Source: Candidatus Poribacteria bacterium
Lineage (GTDB): Bacteria > Poribacteria > WGA-4E > JAJDTR01
Direction of reading: 5' to 3'
NCBI GenBank assembly: GCA_965222225.1
Contig: CBDCTK010000002.1
Span: 4,832,001 to 4,896,000 of the forward strand
DNA length: 64,000 bases
Under the pieces are notes generated by a model that was not told where the DNA came from, searched no databases, and was given only the letters and a program-made list of their open reading frames with translations. Positions 10,346 through 20,585 of this stretch are shown piece by piece. The position numbers and the translations under genes are program-made. Every line of letters begins with the position of its first letter. Positions within the stretch are counted from its first letter, which is position 1.

Positions 10346-11134
10346 ATGTCAGCAAAAGAAAAACCTGAGATAACAGACGCCTTGGACTACAGTCGTTCCT
10401 TTATGATGTGGGATGCGCCGTACAATCCCAACGATCGCCGAAAACCGGGACACATGCCTTGGGGCAACAGCGCCCGCATCCAGTTTGACGCGCGGTGCGA
10501 GTTGACCAACAACGGAACGGGCGAAACAGAGGAGGAGTACTTCCTTATCACGCCGTGTCGAACCGAGTGGATGTATCGTTCCGACACTCTATTCCAGACC
10601 CCCAACTACGAGTATTGCGGTGTCTGGTCCCGAAGCGAGTTCATCGGACTTGGCGGAGCTCAGCATCGCAAGCAAGGAAGCGGTGTACCCCAATACATCA
10701 AGGACAACTTCACCGACTTTCGACTGACCACAAAACCCTTTCCGTCCGTCCAAGTTCTCGAGAACGACGAAGAAATCATTGACGCCACGCTGAAAGATCT
10801 ACTACTCATAGGGCGAACCGAGATTCGGGACGATGCTCAGGGAATAAGCGCTGTGGTGGAATATCCCATCAAGACGATGAACATCCACCCCGAGCGGAAG
10901 CGGTTTCAAGTGGATACCGGTCCGCTACTTTTCCCGGATTTCTCGCGTACAGTGGAACGGCAGATCGAATACTTTTCAGTCGCCTTCGTCTGCTACAATA
11001 CCTTCGATCTAGCAGAGTTTGTTTTGCGTGTTCCGATTTCGGTAAACGATGCAAATACCGAAATTACTTCAGTGCTCGAATACTCAGACATTCTGCGTCT
11101 GCCAGCGAAAAACACAATCCTTGCAGTAGAGTAA
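10346..11134 (+). CDS. Hypothetical protein (262 aa)
   Basis: Long ORF with AGGAG SD; no family recognised. Confidence 0.75.
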   Translation: MSAKEKPEITDALDYSRSFMMWDAPYNPNDRRKPGHMPWGNSARIQFDARCELTNNGTGETEEEYFLITPCRTEWMYRSDTLFQTPNYEYCGVWSRSEFIGLGGAQHRKQGSGVPQYIKDNFTDFRLTTKPFPSVQVLENDEEIIDATLKDLLLIGRTEIRDDAQGISAVVEYPIKTMNIHPERKRFQVDTGPLLFPDFSRTVERQIEYFSVAFVCYNTFDLAEFVLRVPISVNDANTEITSVLEYSDILRLPAKNTILAVE

Positions 11135-11240
11135 TGCGTGGGGAAACGCAATGACTAGAGAATTCGCCATAAACGTCAGTTTCAAGTGCCAGATGCTTTC
11201 CACCTATTCGCATCCTCCAGACTTTGGAGGAACTTGATAA

Positions 11241-12065
11241 ATGATTATTGATACGCATCTACATGTGTGGAGCGACGACATCTCCCGCTATCCGTTTGCC
11301 GACGGTAGAACCAGTATTGAAGCTGGCTCAGTCGAACTGCTGAATAAAACCGTGGCTGAAGCGGGAGTGGACAAGGCGGTCATTGTTCAACCGATAAACT
11401 ACCTTTACGACAACCGATACGCGGCGGACTGTCTGCGCCGTTTTCCGGGTAAATTCGAGGCTATCGGATTGGTTGATCGGAATGCATACGATGCGCCGGA
11501 TCAGCTTGAACGATTAGTCGTGGAGGACGGGTTCAGCGGACTGCGGATACATCTGGCAAGACCGGATGACCCTTCAGAGTGGGCGGCACCTAAACAGAAC
11601 GCCACTTGGCAGCGGGCTGAAGAGTTAGGCTCCCTCTTCATTGTGTTTGGCTCCGCCTCCCATTTGCCCGCGGTCGAACCGATAATTCGCAGGTTTCCAA
11701 GCGTACCGGTGATTCTTGACCATATCGGAGGAGCGCCGATTGACGAAGATGAGCCGTATCCGCTCCTGAGTAACGTACTTCGAATGGCAGAATATTCCAA
11801 CGTTTATGTGAAGTTTACGCCGCAAGCGGATCAGTCGAGCCTGCCGTACCCGCATGAGGATTCGTTTCAGACGTATCGCCGGATATATGACGTTTTCGGT
11901 CCCGAACGTTTGATGTGGGGCACGAACTTTCCCTTGGTTTTTCAGAAAATCGGGTACCTCCCCTCGCTAGAACTTTTTCGGACGCATCTCGATTTCCTGA
12001 CTGACGAAGACAGAGAATGGCTATTCAGCAAAACAGCGTTGAAGTTGTGGAAATTTGACGATTGA
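11241..12065 (+). CDS. Amidohydrolase_2 family protein
   Basis: IDTHLHVW, ILDHIG, RLMWGTNFP. Confidence 0.9.
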   Translation: MIIDTHLHVWSDDISRYPFADGRTSIEAGSVELLNKTVAEAGVDKAVIVQPINYLYDNRYAADCLRRFPGKFEAIGLVDRNAYDAPDQLERLVVEDGFSGLRIHLARPDDPSEWAAPKQNATWQRAEELGSLFIVFGSASHLPAVEPIIRRFPSVPVILDHIGGAPIDEDEPYPLLSNVLRMAEYSNVYVKFTPQADQSSLPYPHEDSFQTYRRIYDVFGPERLMWGTNFPLVFQKIGYLPSLELFRTHLDFLTDEDREWLFSKTALKLWKFDD

Positions 12066-12326
12066 AAATCGCAGAATGCTCCCTTTACAACTCGCGGAGT
12101 GACGGGATAGACAGCGAATTTTAAACCTCAATGCTGGCTTACCATGACATCGTGCTTTGTCGATGTTCCCGTGTACTTTGAGGAGTAGCATTCAATGAAT
12201 CAAGTCGGTCAGTCAAGAGCGCCTGCATATAATCGTGGTGAAGTGGAACCTCGCTGTTTTTCGGGACACCATCTGGTATCCTTTTCCTATTCTATAGATG
12301 AGGCGATAAGCAAACAACAGTAGGCT

Positions 12327-13088
12327 ATGGAACTTTTAAACATCCTCACGGTAGGAGTTGTCATCGGTTTTGCCGCGTTGATACAGAGCGCCGTGGGGTT
12401 TGGGTTCCTGCTGTTCGCCACTCCCCTTATTCTGTGGATTGGTTTCCCGCTGCCTGCCGTCGTCACACTGGTATCAACGTGCTCTACCGTACAAGCGGCG
12501 TTCGGCGCCCGGCATCTCCGTGCCTCAGTGCCTTGGCGTTTGACCTTGACGGCGACTATGGTTCGCTTAATCGCCGTGGTCATCGGTTTGTTCTTGCTGA
12601 AGAAGATCGTTGACCTAGATGTGAACTATATCAAGTTAGTGGTAGGCAGCATCGTTGGTCTAATCGTCATCGTCAAGCTCGCTTGCCGGCCACGACCTGT
12701 TGAAAAGGCGCATTGGGGGTGGGCAGGGCTTGCATTCGTTGTAAGTGGATTGCTCTCCGGTATTTGCGGCATCGGTGGTCCTCCGTTGGTGATATGGTCT
12801 ACGGTGCAAAACTGGCCCACAAACAAAATACGAGCTTTCCTTTTTGCAGTCCTTGCTATATCAACCCCGGTACAGATTGTTCTTTTGGGTATGACGTTTG
12901 GCGTTGAACTCTTCAAGTATGTTGCCATCGGCATCGCGTTTTTCCCAGTCGCTTATTTGGGATACAGCGTAGGCCTCCCCATCGGGAATCGCATGCGTAA
13001 AAAGCGCCATCGTCTGATAGCGGACCTCATACTGTTGCTCGTCGCCGTCAGCACGGTGCTGGGAGCGGTGCTCGCAAAATTAGGTTAG
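12327..13088 (+). CDS. TauE/SafE (TSUP) family membrane protein
   Basis: QSAVGFGF, SGLLSG..GIGGPP; about 8 transmembrane segments. Confidence 0.85.
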   Translation: MELLNILTVGVVIGFAALIQSAVGFGFLLFATPLILWIGFPLPAVVTLVSTCSTVQAAFGARHLRASVPWRLTLTATMVRLIAVVIGLFLLKKIVDLDVNYIKLVVGSIVGLIVIVKLACRPRPVEKAHWGWAGLAFVVSGLLSGICGIGGPPLVIWSTVQNWPTNKIRAFLFAVLAISTPVQIVLLGMTFGVELFKYVAIGIAFFPVAYLGYSVGLPIGNRMRKKRHRLIADLILLLVAVSTVLGAVLAKLG

Positions 13089-13177
13089 CACCGTGTAAAC
13101 TTAACGCAAGAGTACTGTAGATATGGCGCTATTACACACTGACCCCATGTTCTATTGAGGCAGCACCTCAGACGTGA

Positions 13178-14064
13178 GAGCCTGTTTGAAAAGTCATTTG
13201 ATTCGATTTCGCATCAAGTAAATGGAAGCGATGTAAACCATAGTTTCAGCGGTCTTAGGATAGCGTTCATAGTCCAAAGTCAATCGACGAAACCAACCAA
13301 ACCAAGAAAATGTGCGCTCAACAATCCATCGTAACGGAACAACCTCAAACCCCTGTTGCCCTAGCGTAGGTGCAATCTCCAGTTGACACTGATGAGCCAG
13401 ATATAACCAGTCTTCTAATTCGCCACGATAGGCAGCATCGGCACACACCAACTGAATCGTTATGTACCAACTAAAGACTTCTGTTAGTAGTTCAATAGCT
13501 ATCTGATTATCACTCACATTGGCGTCAGTGACCTTGGCCATCAATGGAATACCCGTCGTATCCGTGACTAGATGTCGTTTGCGTCCTTTGACCTTCTTGT
13601 GACCATCAAACCCTCTAGTCGTTGCCAGTTCAGTCGTCTTAACTGATTGACTGTCAATGATAGCTACTGTCGGTGATGGTTCTTTGCCACCATCACGACG
13701 TGTTTGTTCATGAAGTCACTGATGAATCAAGAGCCATGTATCGTCGGCTTTCCACTTTCTTAAATGGTAATAGACAGTTTGCCACGGTGGCATATCATGG
13801 GGTAGCATTCGCCACTGGCACCCTGACTTGACGACATAAAAGATGGCGTTGATGATTAAGCACATCTCCCACTTGAGAGGTCTGCCTAAGGGTTGAGGTG
13901 TTGGCAAAAATGATGACAGTTTCTTGCACTGTGCATCGGTCAAATCGCTGGGATAACTCTTGCGGTTTATGTTTACTCCTTTCATTGGTTCAGAATTAAC
14001 TGCTCCAATGAGTAAACGTAAACATCAACCGTTCGGACAACTTTTTTCTTTTTCAAACAGGCTC
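13178..14064 (-). mobile_element. IS5-family (IS1031-like) insertion sequence, 887 bp
   Basis: 15-bp TIRs GAGCCTGTTTGAAAA (13178-13192) and TTTTCAAACAGGCTC (14050-14064), with a 3-bp TGA duplication on both sides (13175-13177, 14065-14067). Confidence 0.93.
13194..13985 (-). pseudogene. IS5-family transposase with in-frame TGA at 13716-13718
   Basis: YPSDLTD, GCQWRMLP, then past the stop in the same frame IIDSQSVK, GFDGHKKVKGRKRH, ADAAY, RWIVERTFSW. Confidence 0.9.
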
Positions 14065-14110
14065 TGAGATTATTCCTCACTAATCAATCAAAAGCAGGTA
14101 ACTCGAGAAA

Positions 14111-15103
14111 ATGGAAAAGAATCTCAGTCCAAATCGCCCTATGCGTTGGGCGCTAATCGGTTGCGGGGGTGCCGGCAAGTCGCACGCTCAGTGGGCGTCG
14201 TCTACACCAGGCGTCGTGATACGCGGTTTTTCCGACGCTCGAGCCGACGCCGCGCGACGTTTTCACGGAGAATACGGGGGCGAGTACCACACCACAGACC
14301 CTGTGCGTATCTTTGCCGATCCCGCAGTAGATATCGTATCAATTGCAACCTCCCATAGCTCCCACGCCGATCTGGCGGTTGCCGCCCTACATGCGAAGAA
14401 ACACGTCTTTTTGGAGAAGCCTATGGCAATGACCACAGTCGATTGTCTCCGTATTAACGAGGCAATGAAGGTCGCCGGTACGAAACTCATGATTGACTTC
14501 TCGATTCGTTTCAGCGGCGCGACACAAGCGATTAAACGCCGCCTTAAAGCCTCGAAGGTGAGCCATGGTCAATGTATGGTGGCAAGAGCGGACCTGAGCC
14601 GATGGCAATGGGATTCAAAAGAAGGGGGAGGACCTCTTTTTGATGTTGGTGTTCATGCCTTAGATCTCCTCTGTTGGATGCACGACTCAAATCCGATCGA
14701 AGTCCATGCCACGGGAGGAAGGGTAACCCATCCCGACGAATTGCAAGGCACGGAGGTGGTGGACACAGCCGCTGCAGCCCTGCGATTTGCGAACGGTTCA
14801 GTAGCGACCTTCCTGATGAGTGATGCCGGCAGGAACACAATGGTTTCCAAATGGTTCTTCGAGTTCTTTGACGGAGAACAGTCGGCAGTGCTCTATGAGC
14901 ATTTCAAGAAGGTCACTTTCGGCGATGGTGAAACTCTTTCGCCGCCCCCGCTCGAACGTTTGCCACGGCTCGTGGAAGCCATTCGTAACGATACCGAACC
15001 GTACGTGCCGGCTCGCGCCGGCATACTATCCACCTTATTGGTCGAGAAAATTACCGCGTCAATTCAAACTGGACTGCCTCAGAGAATTGAAATTCCATTC
15101 TGA
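14111..15103 (+). CDS. Gfo/Idh/MocA oxidoreductase
   Basis: GCGGAG, EKPMA, GGGPLFDVGVH. Confidence 0.9.
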   Translation: MEKNLSPNRPMRWALIGCGGAGKSHAQWASSTPGVVIRGFSDARADAARRFHGEYGGEYHTTDPVRIFADPAVDIVSIATSHSSHADLAVAALHAKKHVFLEKPMAMTTVDCLRINEAMKVAGTKLMIDFSIRFSGATQAIKRRLKASKVSHGQCMVARADLSRWQWDSKEGGGPLFDVGVHALDLLCWMHDSNPIEVHATGGRVTHPDELQGTEVVDTAAAALRFANGSVATFLMSDAGRNTMVSKWFFEFFDGEQSAVLYEHFKKVTFGDGETLSPPPLERLPRLVEAIRNDTEPYVPARAGILSTLLVEKITASIQTGLPQRIEIPF

Positions 15104-15200
15104 TGTGCTCGGCGTCAGAGAAAGAGTGCATGACAGAACTTCGCCCAAACATGAAATATGACTTTTTCGGCACAAGAAGATATGATGTTCCAACATGTTA

Positions 15201-15360
15201 GCTAACGCAAGTCGCTACCTATGACAGAGAAACCGAGTTTTTGGTTCAAGTTCACTAAATTATAGGTAAATTGGTCTGATTTTCGTCAATCTCGTGGTTC
15301 CACATCGGAAAAACTCGGTTTCTGTGCTCCTGTCGGACAAAGGTGGCAACTTGGTTTAGC
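15201..15360. mobile_element. MITE-like element, 160 bp, with nested inverted repeats
   Basis: Outer imperfect TIRs GCTAACGCAAGTCGCTACCT / AGGTGGCAACTTGGTTTAGC (16/20), flanked by TTA and TAA. Inner perfect 15-bp IR AGAAACCGAGTTTTT (15228-15242) / AAAAACTCGGTTTCT (15309-15323). A related end sits at 55313-55331. Confidence 0.65.
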
Positions 15361-15420
15361 TAACAAATCTATTTCCATACCCCCGTAGCCGCACACCTTC
15401 CACCTTGTAAGAAAGGCTAA

Positions 15421-16263
15421 TTGATGAAAATCGGTTATTCGACTTGGGGAATGCCTACCCTACCCATTGATACTGTCCTAGAGCATCTCGCCGCTCTCGG
15501 GTTCAACGGGGTCGAGCTCACCGTCATTCCGGGTTTTAGTACGGAACTCGATACGTTGGATTCTGCGGAGCGTAAGCGTATCCGTCAGCTATTAGATCGA
15601 CACGGCTTAGATTTGCCCGCCGTTGCCGCGCATCAACCCATGCTTTCTACGGAGGATGACGTACATGCCGAGAATTGGAGGCGTCTGACCGCGAGTGCGG
15701 GCCTCTGCGTTGACCTTGCTGGCACAGATGGTGTACCGGTGTTGAATACCACATTGGGGAGCAATCCGAATGAGTGGAACTCCCAGCAAAATTTGATTCT
15801 TGAGCGGGTTGGTGCGTTAGTGGATTACTGCACTTCCCGTGAGGTGGTTCTTGCCATTGAGCCGCATGTCGGCGATGGATTAAATTCCCCGGAAAGGTCC
15901 TTGTGGTTGCTTGAAGAAATCAATTCAGCCTATCTAAAACTCAACTTCGACATAAGCCACTTCGAGGTTCAAGGTATGTCCACCGCCCAGGTTGTGCAGC
16001 TTTTGGCTCCGCACTCCGCCCACACCCATGTGAAAGACCAGCGTGGACTGGTACCGGATTATGAATTTCTCATACCGGGCGAAGGTCCTTTTGATTTCGT
16101 GGAATATCTCAAATTGATGCAGAAGGCTGGATACGACGATTACATCACCGCTGAAGTCAGTATGCAGGTGCAAGGACGGCCGGATTACGACCCGTTAGAG
16201 GCGGCAGAGTTGACGTATCGCACGTTGAACAGTGTCTTCCGGGAAACGGGAATCAGCCGGTAA
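15421..16263 (+). CDS. Sugar phosphate isomerase/epimerase (xylose isomerase-like TIM barrel)
   Basis: GFNGVEL, AIEPH, NFDISH, HTHVKD, PGEG, ITAE. Confidence 0.9.
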   Translation: MMKIGYSTWGMPTLPIDTVLEHLAALGFNGVELTVIPGFSTELDTLDSAERKRIRQLLDRHGLDLPAVAAHQPMLSTEDDVHAENWRRLTASAGLCVDLAGTDGVPVLNTTLGSNPNEWNSQQNLILERVGALVDYCTSREVVLAIEPHVGDGLNSPERSLWLLEEINSAYLKLNFDISHFEVQGMSTAQVVQLLAPHSAHTHVKDQRGLVPDYEFLIPGEGPFDFVEYLKLMQKAGYDDYITAEVSMQVQGRPDYDPLEAAELTYRTLNSVFRETGISR

Positions 16264-16751
16264 GTATTTTAACGAACGAAAAAGCGGTACCATGGGTGAA
16301 CTGAAGATGTCGTTGACATCATTGATACTAGCAGAGAAACTCAAGTGGATATTCGTGAAGTGCTAATCAGCACTTGACATTTTGTAAGTACACTGTCAAT
16401 GAGAATGAACTGGTCGAAATAATGTAGGAGTTACACTCTTCAGTTTGCAGTAGTGAATTCGTTGTGCGTGAAGGCGGATTATGAATTGCTTCGCTACAAG
16501 CCCAAGAATTAATTGTAGTTGCCCAATCCATCGGAGGTTAGAAATTAAGTTCCGCAGTAGGAAATCGCCACACACAGAGCTATGAGCGTTCAACTGCTTA
16601 AGTTTTATAGTGATGGCTCACATACGTTTTGATTCCTCATTGAACAATATTGTCTTGCCCAGAAATGGATACTGGTTTGGGCTCTCTGCCAAAATTTGAT
16701 TTCACTCAACGTCGCTTAAATCAACTTACGCAAATGGAAGGATATAAAAAT

Positions 16752-17366
16752 ATGTCGGATGAAGAACGCGTTATTGTGGATGATGAATATGTCATTAATG
16801 AGTTGGAAAGTTTATCGTCACTATTTGTTGAGTGGGACGAATCCTGGGTTGACGACTATTTTGGACTTTCTATTAGCACTATTATTGACCCTCTTTCTGA
16901 CCAATTTATAGTCTCGTCATCTCTTCTTGGGTTAAAGGCGGAAGATAAGACAGAGGCACATGCTATGTTGACTTGTTTGTGTGTCAAGTATTTGGTGTGT
17001 CGTCAACGCTTGAGTTTTGCGCGCTCCCGTCTTGGACTACGTGATAATCCTCTGGATGCCGAATTATGTGAGGTGTATGAAGAAAAGCTACGTGAGATGT
17101 ATGAAGTGATTGATCGTAAAATGTATGATGTAATTAAGCGTGGAATACGAGATTTCCCCCCAGGCAAACGATGTCGTCCACAATGGGCGTCTAAGTATCC
17201 AAGATGGGTGGTAAACATGAGTTACAAGGTTTGGCGTTATTGGGCATTTCGTTTTGGCTGGCCGGGATTGATGTCTAAGGTTCGAAACGTAATCTGGCGA
17301 TATAAAATTCGATATGCACGTCCAGGGAGTATTAGTTCGGACTATAGGACGTGGCGGGAAATATGA
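16752..17366 (+). CDS. Hypothetical protein, AT-richer than its neighbours
   Basis: ORF open from 16650; best start is ATG 16752 after GAAGGA; no family recognised. Confidence 0.55.
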   Translation: MSDEERVIVDDEYVINELESLSSLFVEWDESWVDDYFGLSISTIIDPLSDQFIVSSSLLGLKAEDKTEAHAMLTCLCVKYLVCRQRLSFARSRLGLRDNPLDAELCEVYEEKLREMYEVIDRKMYDVIKRGIRDFPPGKRCRPQWASKYPRWVVNMSYKVWRYWAFRFGWPGLMSKVRNVIWRYKIRYARPGSISSDYRTWREI

Positions 17367-17486
17367 TTTCGTCTGACTCACTTTGGAGGTTTATAGTATT
17401 ATAACCCAGCGTTCTCTCCTACAACATTGTTCAAGTTCTCCAAAATGGATTGTCCTTAAATCTGTCACACATCACGGTGAAAATCT

Positions 17487-18530
17487 ATGAAACCACAATT
17501 TCGTGCTTGCATTGTTGGATGCGGACGCATGGGCGGCACCATTGACGAGGAGGTAAGCCGCGGACCGAATGCGATTCTTCTACCTTACTCTCATGCAGCG
17601 GGTTATACGGCATGCGAGCGGACGACAATCGTTGCCGCTGCGGATGTTGTTGAGGAGAAACTGGAGCGCGTCTGCTCAAAATGGAATATCCCCACGAGGT
17701 ACACGGACTATCGTGAGATGATTGAGAAAGAGGCGCCGGATATCGTCAGCATCGCAACCCGTCCGGGAAATCACGCCGAAATCACTGCCTTTGCCGCAGA
17801 ACACGGCGTGAAAGGAATCTACTGCGACAAACCCCTCTGCGCGTCAATGGAGGAAGCCGATGCAATGGTCGAAGTCTGCGAGAAGAATCGGGTGAAATTC
17901 AATCTGGGTACGCAACGACGATACACGCCGGGATATATGAAAATGCGTGAAATTGTTGAAAGCGGCGAGATTGGAGAGCGACGGTCGGTAATCGCCCGCG
18001 CATCCGGCGGCGCCCTTTGGGGATACACGCACGCGGCGGATATGCTGCTCTTCTTTTCCGGTGATTCCGAGGTGGAATATGTTCAGGGAAATGTGGAAGT
18101 GGAGGATTCCGACTTCGACGATAATCGTACCGAGGTCGATCCGGGTATTGTCATGGGTTACGTGAAATTCAAGAACGGTACGCACGGTGTCAGTATCCCC
18201 GGCAGCGCCTACGAATTTGAAGTCGACTGCGCTGATGGAGTGGTGCGGTCATTGAATAACGGCAACCAATTTCAGTTGCGAAAACGGACGGGAGAATTCA
18301 ATGAAATAGGGCAGGCTGATTTTCCAAGTTATGAGCGGAAGAGCGGAACGGTCGGGTGTATCGAAGATATCGTCGATGCCATTGACTCGGGCAGAGAAAC
18401 TCAAGGCAACATCCATCTGGCGCGAATCAGTACCGAAATTACCTTCGGAATCGTGGATTCACAGCGACAGAAGGGAAAGCGGGTGGCAATGCCAATGCAA
18501 AACCGAGGTTTGTATTTGGGGAGGTGGTAG
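17487..18530 (+). CDS. Gfo/Idh/MocA oxidoreductase
   Basis: GCGRMG, CDKPL, YTHAAD. Confidence 0.9.
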   Translation: MKPQFRACIVGCGRMGGTIDEEVSRGPNAILLPYSHAAGYTACERTTIVAAADVVEEKLERVCSKWNIPTRYTDYREMIEKEAPDIVSIATRPGNHAEITAFAAEHGVKGIYCDKPLCASMEEADAMVEVCEKNRVKFNLGTQRRYTPGYMKMREIVESGEIGERRSVIARASGGALWGYTHAADMLLFFSGDSEVEYVQGNVEVEDSDFDDNRTEVDPGIVMGYVKFKNGTHGVSIPGSAYEFEVDCADGVVRSLNNGNQFQLRKRTGEFNEIGQADFPSYERKSGTVGCIEDIVDAIDSGRETQGNIHLARISTEITFGIVDSQRQKGKRVAMPMQNRGLYLGRW

Positions 18531-18744
18531 CACGCGGTTCAGGAAGCGCAATTAGTCTTCCGACTACCACTCTCTTTAACGTAATTGGGTGTAGAATGAA
18601 AAGACATGCCTGCCATTTTCAGTAACTCACTCTTGCAAAGAAGAGGCGTTTAAGACGCAATCGATTTGTCCCATCGCGCCGTGTCCTAACCGCCCTCCTA
18701 ATGTTGTGAAGTCCACCCCGAGTCAACGCTTATCTTGGAAGTCC

Positions 18745-20217
18745 CTATATGTCATGCAGTGGATACAGCTTGCGGCTCTGTTTACGGAACTGTATGTAGC
18801 CTCCGGCGGGGTCATGTGCGCTTGGTTCAGACACCACGTAAATCGCGCCCGCCCATGATTCAAAACCTTGCCGAAAATGGGCGGTAGATTTAATCCCAAG
18901 GTAGCGCATTTGTCGAGGATCTAAACCGAGCGTTCGTGGAAACGCGGTATCAAATGGCTGTTCTCGTTCGGTTACCAACAACACATGAATTCCGTCTTGT
19001 CTGATGTACGCTGACGGTCCCATGTCACCTTCCAATCCCGCCTTAATGGGCCCATCATAATAGAAACGACCGTCAGAGAGGGCGACCACTTCAACTGTCA
19101 TGGTTACGGGTTTCCCCTGAAGCGGAGACGCCTTTCCACCGACATCAAGAGTCACTTTTGCCCCAACGCCAGCCTGTTTACACACCTCCACCGCTTCAGG
19201 ATCGACAATGTAAAGGATGCAGGCATCCCCCAATCCGGCATCAATAAATGTCTGTAACATACCTGTGCTGTCACCGGGCGTACCACCGCCGGTATTGTCG
19301 TTTCTATCGGCAAACATCACCGGGTATTTCCCTTGGGATTCGGCTTCGACTAGCACCTCGCGAGTTGAAGGCATCGGGATGTGCCAATCTGCCCGACGTT
19401 CCCAAATCCATGCTCCCAATTCATCGGCGTACCGCTGCGCCAAATCTTGATTGTTATCAGTAACAATGTAAACCGACGCTCCCAAATCCGGAATGTCAGC
19501 CAATGGATAGCAGGTTGCTATTGAACCGCAAATCACTTCCGGCTGCGCCTCGATTCTGTGTAATTCGGCGATGGCTTCGCGCATTGGAGAATGGGCTGTG
19601 ACTTGATTCACTCCCCAAACAAGCGGAATCTGGTGCAGAGCCATCGTAGGACTTATGCCATCGCGCAGAATGCGCACCAAGACATCCGCACATTCTCGGC
19701 TCCTTGCCGCCTGATCGATTTCCGGGTAAGTTTCCCGTCCAATTAACACATCAGCCATTTCAATCATGCGATGTGAAACGTTGCTATGAATATCCAACTG
19801 AGCGAGAATGGGCACTTCCGAACCAACCAACTCCCGCACCGCGCCGAGGATATGCCCTTCGCCATCATCAATTCCTTCCTCCACCATCGCACCATGTAGC
19901 TCTAGGAGTACCCCGTCAATCTTGCCCGCCACAGCAATACCGCCTAGCAGATCGCCGAGAATAGTGTCGAAAATATGCCGTGGCGTTGGACCGCTGGGGT
20001 GGGCATTCGCATAGACTGTGGGAATGAGTTCGAAACCATGCTTTTCTGCTCCGTCAAGGAACCCGCCAATCGGGGTGTTGGTGCCGCGAAACTTTTCGAG
20101 AATTTCCTCGCCGCGCAAGTAGCCGAAATGTTCATCACGATAGCTTTCCCAAGTTGTGGCAACCGGGGTGAATGTGCTGGTTTCGTGACAGATTGTGCCC
20201 GTAACAACTCTCATCAA
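18745..20217 (-). CDS. M81 family metallopeptidase (MlrC-like)
   Basis: HETSTF, LHGAM, DGEG, LDIHSN, TYPEID, DNTGGG..GD, KSTAHFR. Confidence 0.9.
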   Translation of the reverse strand: MMRVVTGTICHETSTFTPVATTWESYRDEHFGYLRGEEILEKFRGTNTPIGGFLDGAEKHGFELIPTVYANAHPSGPTPRHIFDTILGDLLGGIAVAGKIDGVLLELHGAMVEEGIDDGEGHILGAVRELVGSEVPILAQLDIHSNVSHRMIEMADVLIGRETYPEIDQAARSRECADVLVRILRDGISPTMALHQIPLVWGVNQVTAHSPMREAIAELHRIEAQPEVICGSIATCYPLADIPDLGASVYIVTDNNQDLAQRYADELGAWIWERRADWHIPMPSTREVLVEAESQGKYPVMFADRNDNTGGGTPGDSTGMLQTFIDAGLGDACILYIVDPEAVEVCKQAGVGAKVTLDVGGKASPLQGKPVTMTVEVVALSDGRFYYDGPIKAGLEGDMGPSAYIRQDGIHVLLVTEREQPFDTAFPRTLGLDPRQMRYLGIKSTAHFRQGFESWAGAIYVVSEPSAHDPAGGYIQFRKQSRKLYPLHDI

Positions 20218-20310
20218 AAGAGCCCCTCCGTGTTTTCGGTGTAGCCCGCGACATCGCGGTTAGCGCCATTATATGTCAATTTAACAGGTAGATTCAAGGA
20301 TGAATTTGGG

Positions 20311-20340
20311 TTGACGCCCCACGAAAAAAATTGATAAGAT
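20311..20340 (+). promoter_or_regulatory. Putative sigma70 promoter
   Basis: TTGACG-N18-TAAGAT with an extended -10 TG, divergent from the MlrC-like gene. Confidence 0.45.
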
Positions 20341-20585
20341 AGTCTCAAACAGGAATTTGGAAACGCAAGATGATGTAATTGGCAAAGCGGTACTGTTGAA
20401 CGATTGAGAAGAGAGACGAATGCTAGACCGGAACGTATTTTTCGGAGGACTCACACGAAAGATTATTTGACTTGATTGTTACGCGCAGACGCCAAAATAT
20501 GTTCCCGGCACGAGATGAAGTATGTCTGTATCAGCATTTGATTCCGCCATCTGCCTGCGCCAGTGGGAAACCTATATGAGGAACA

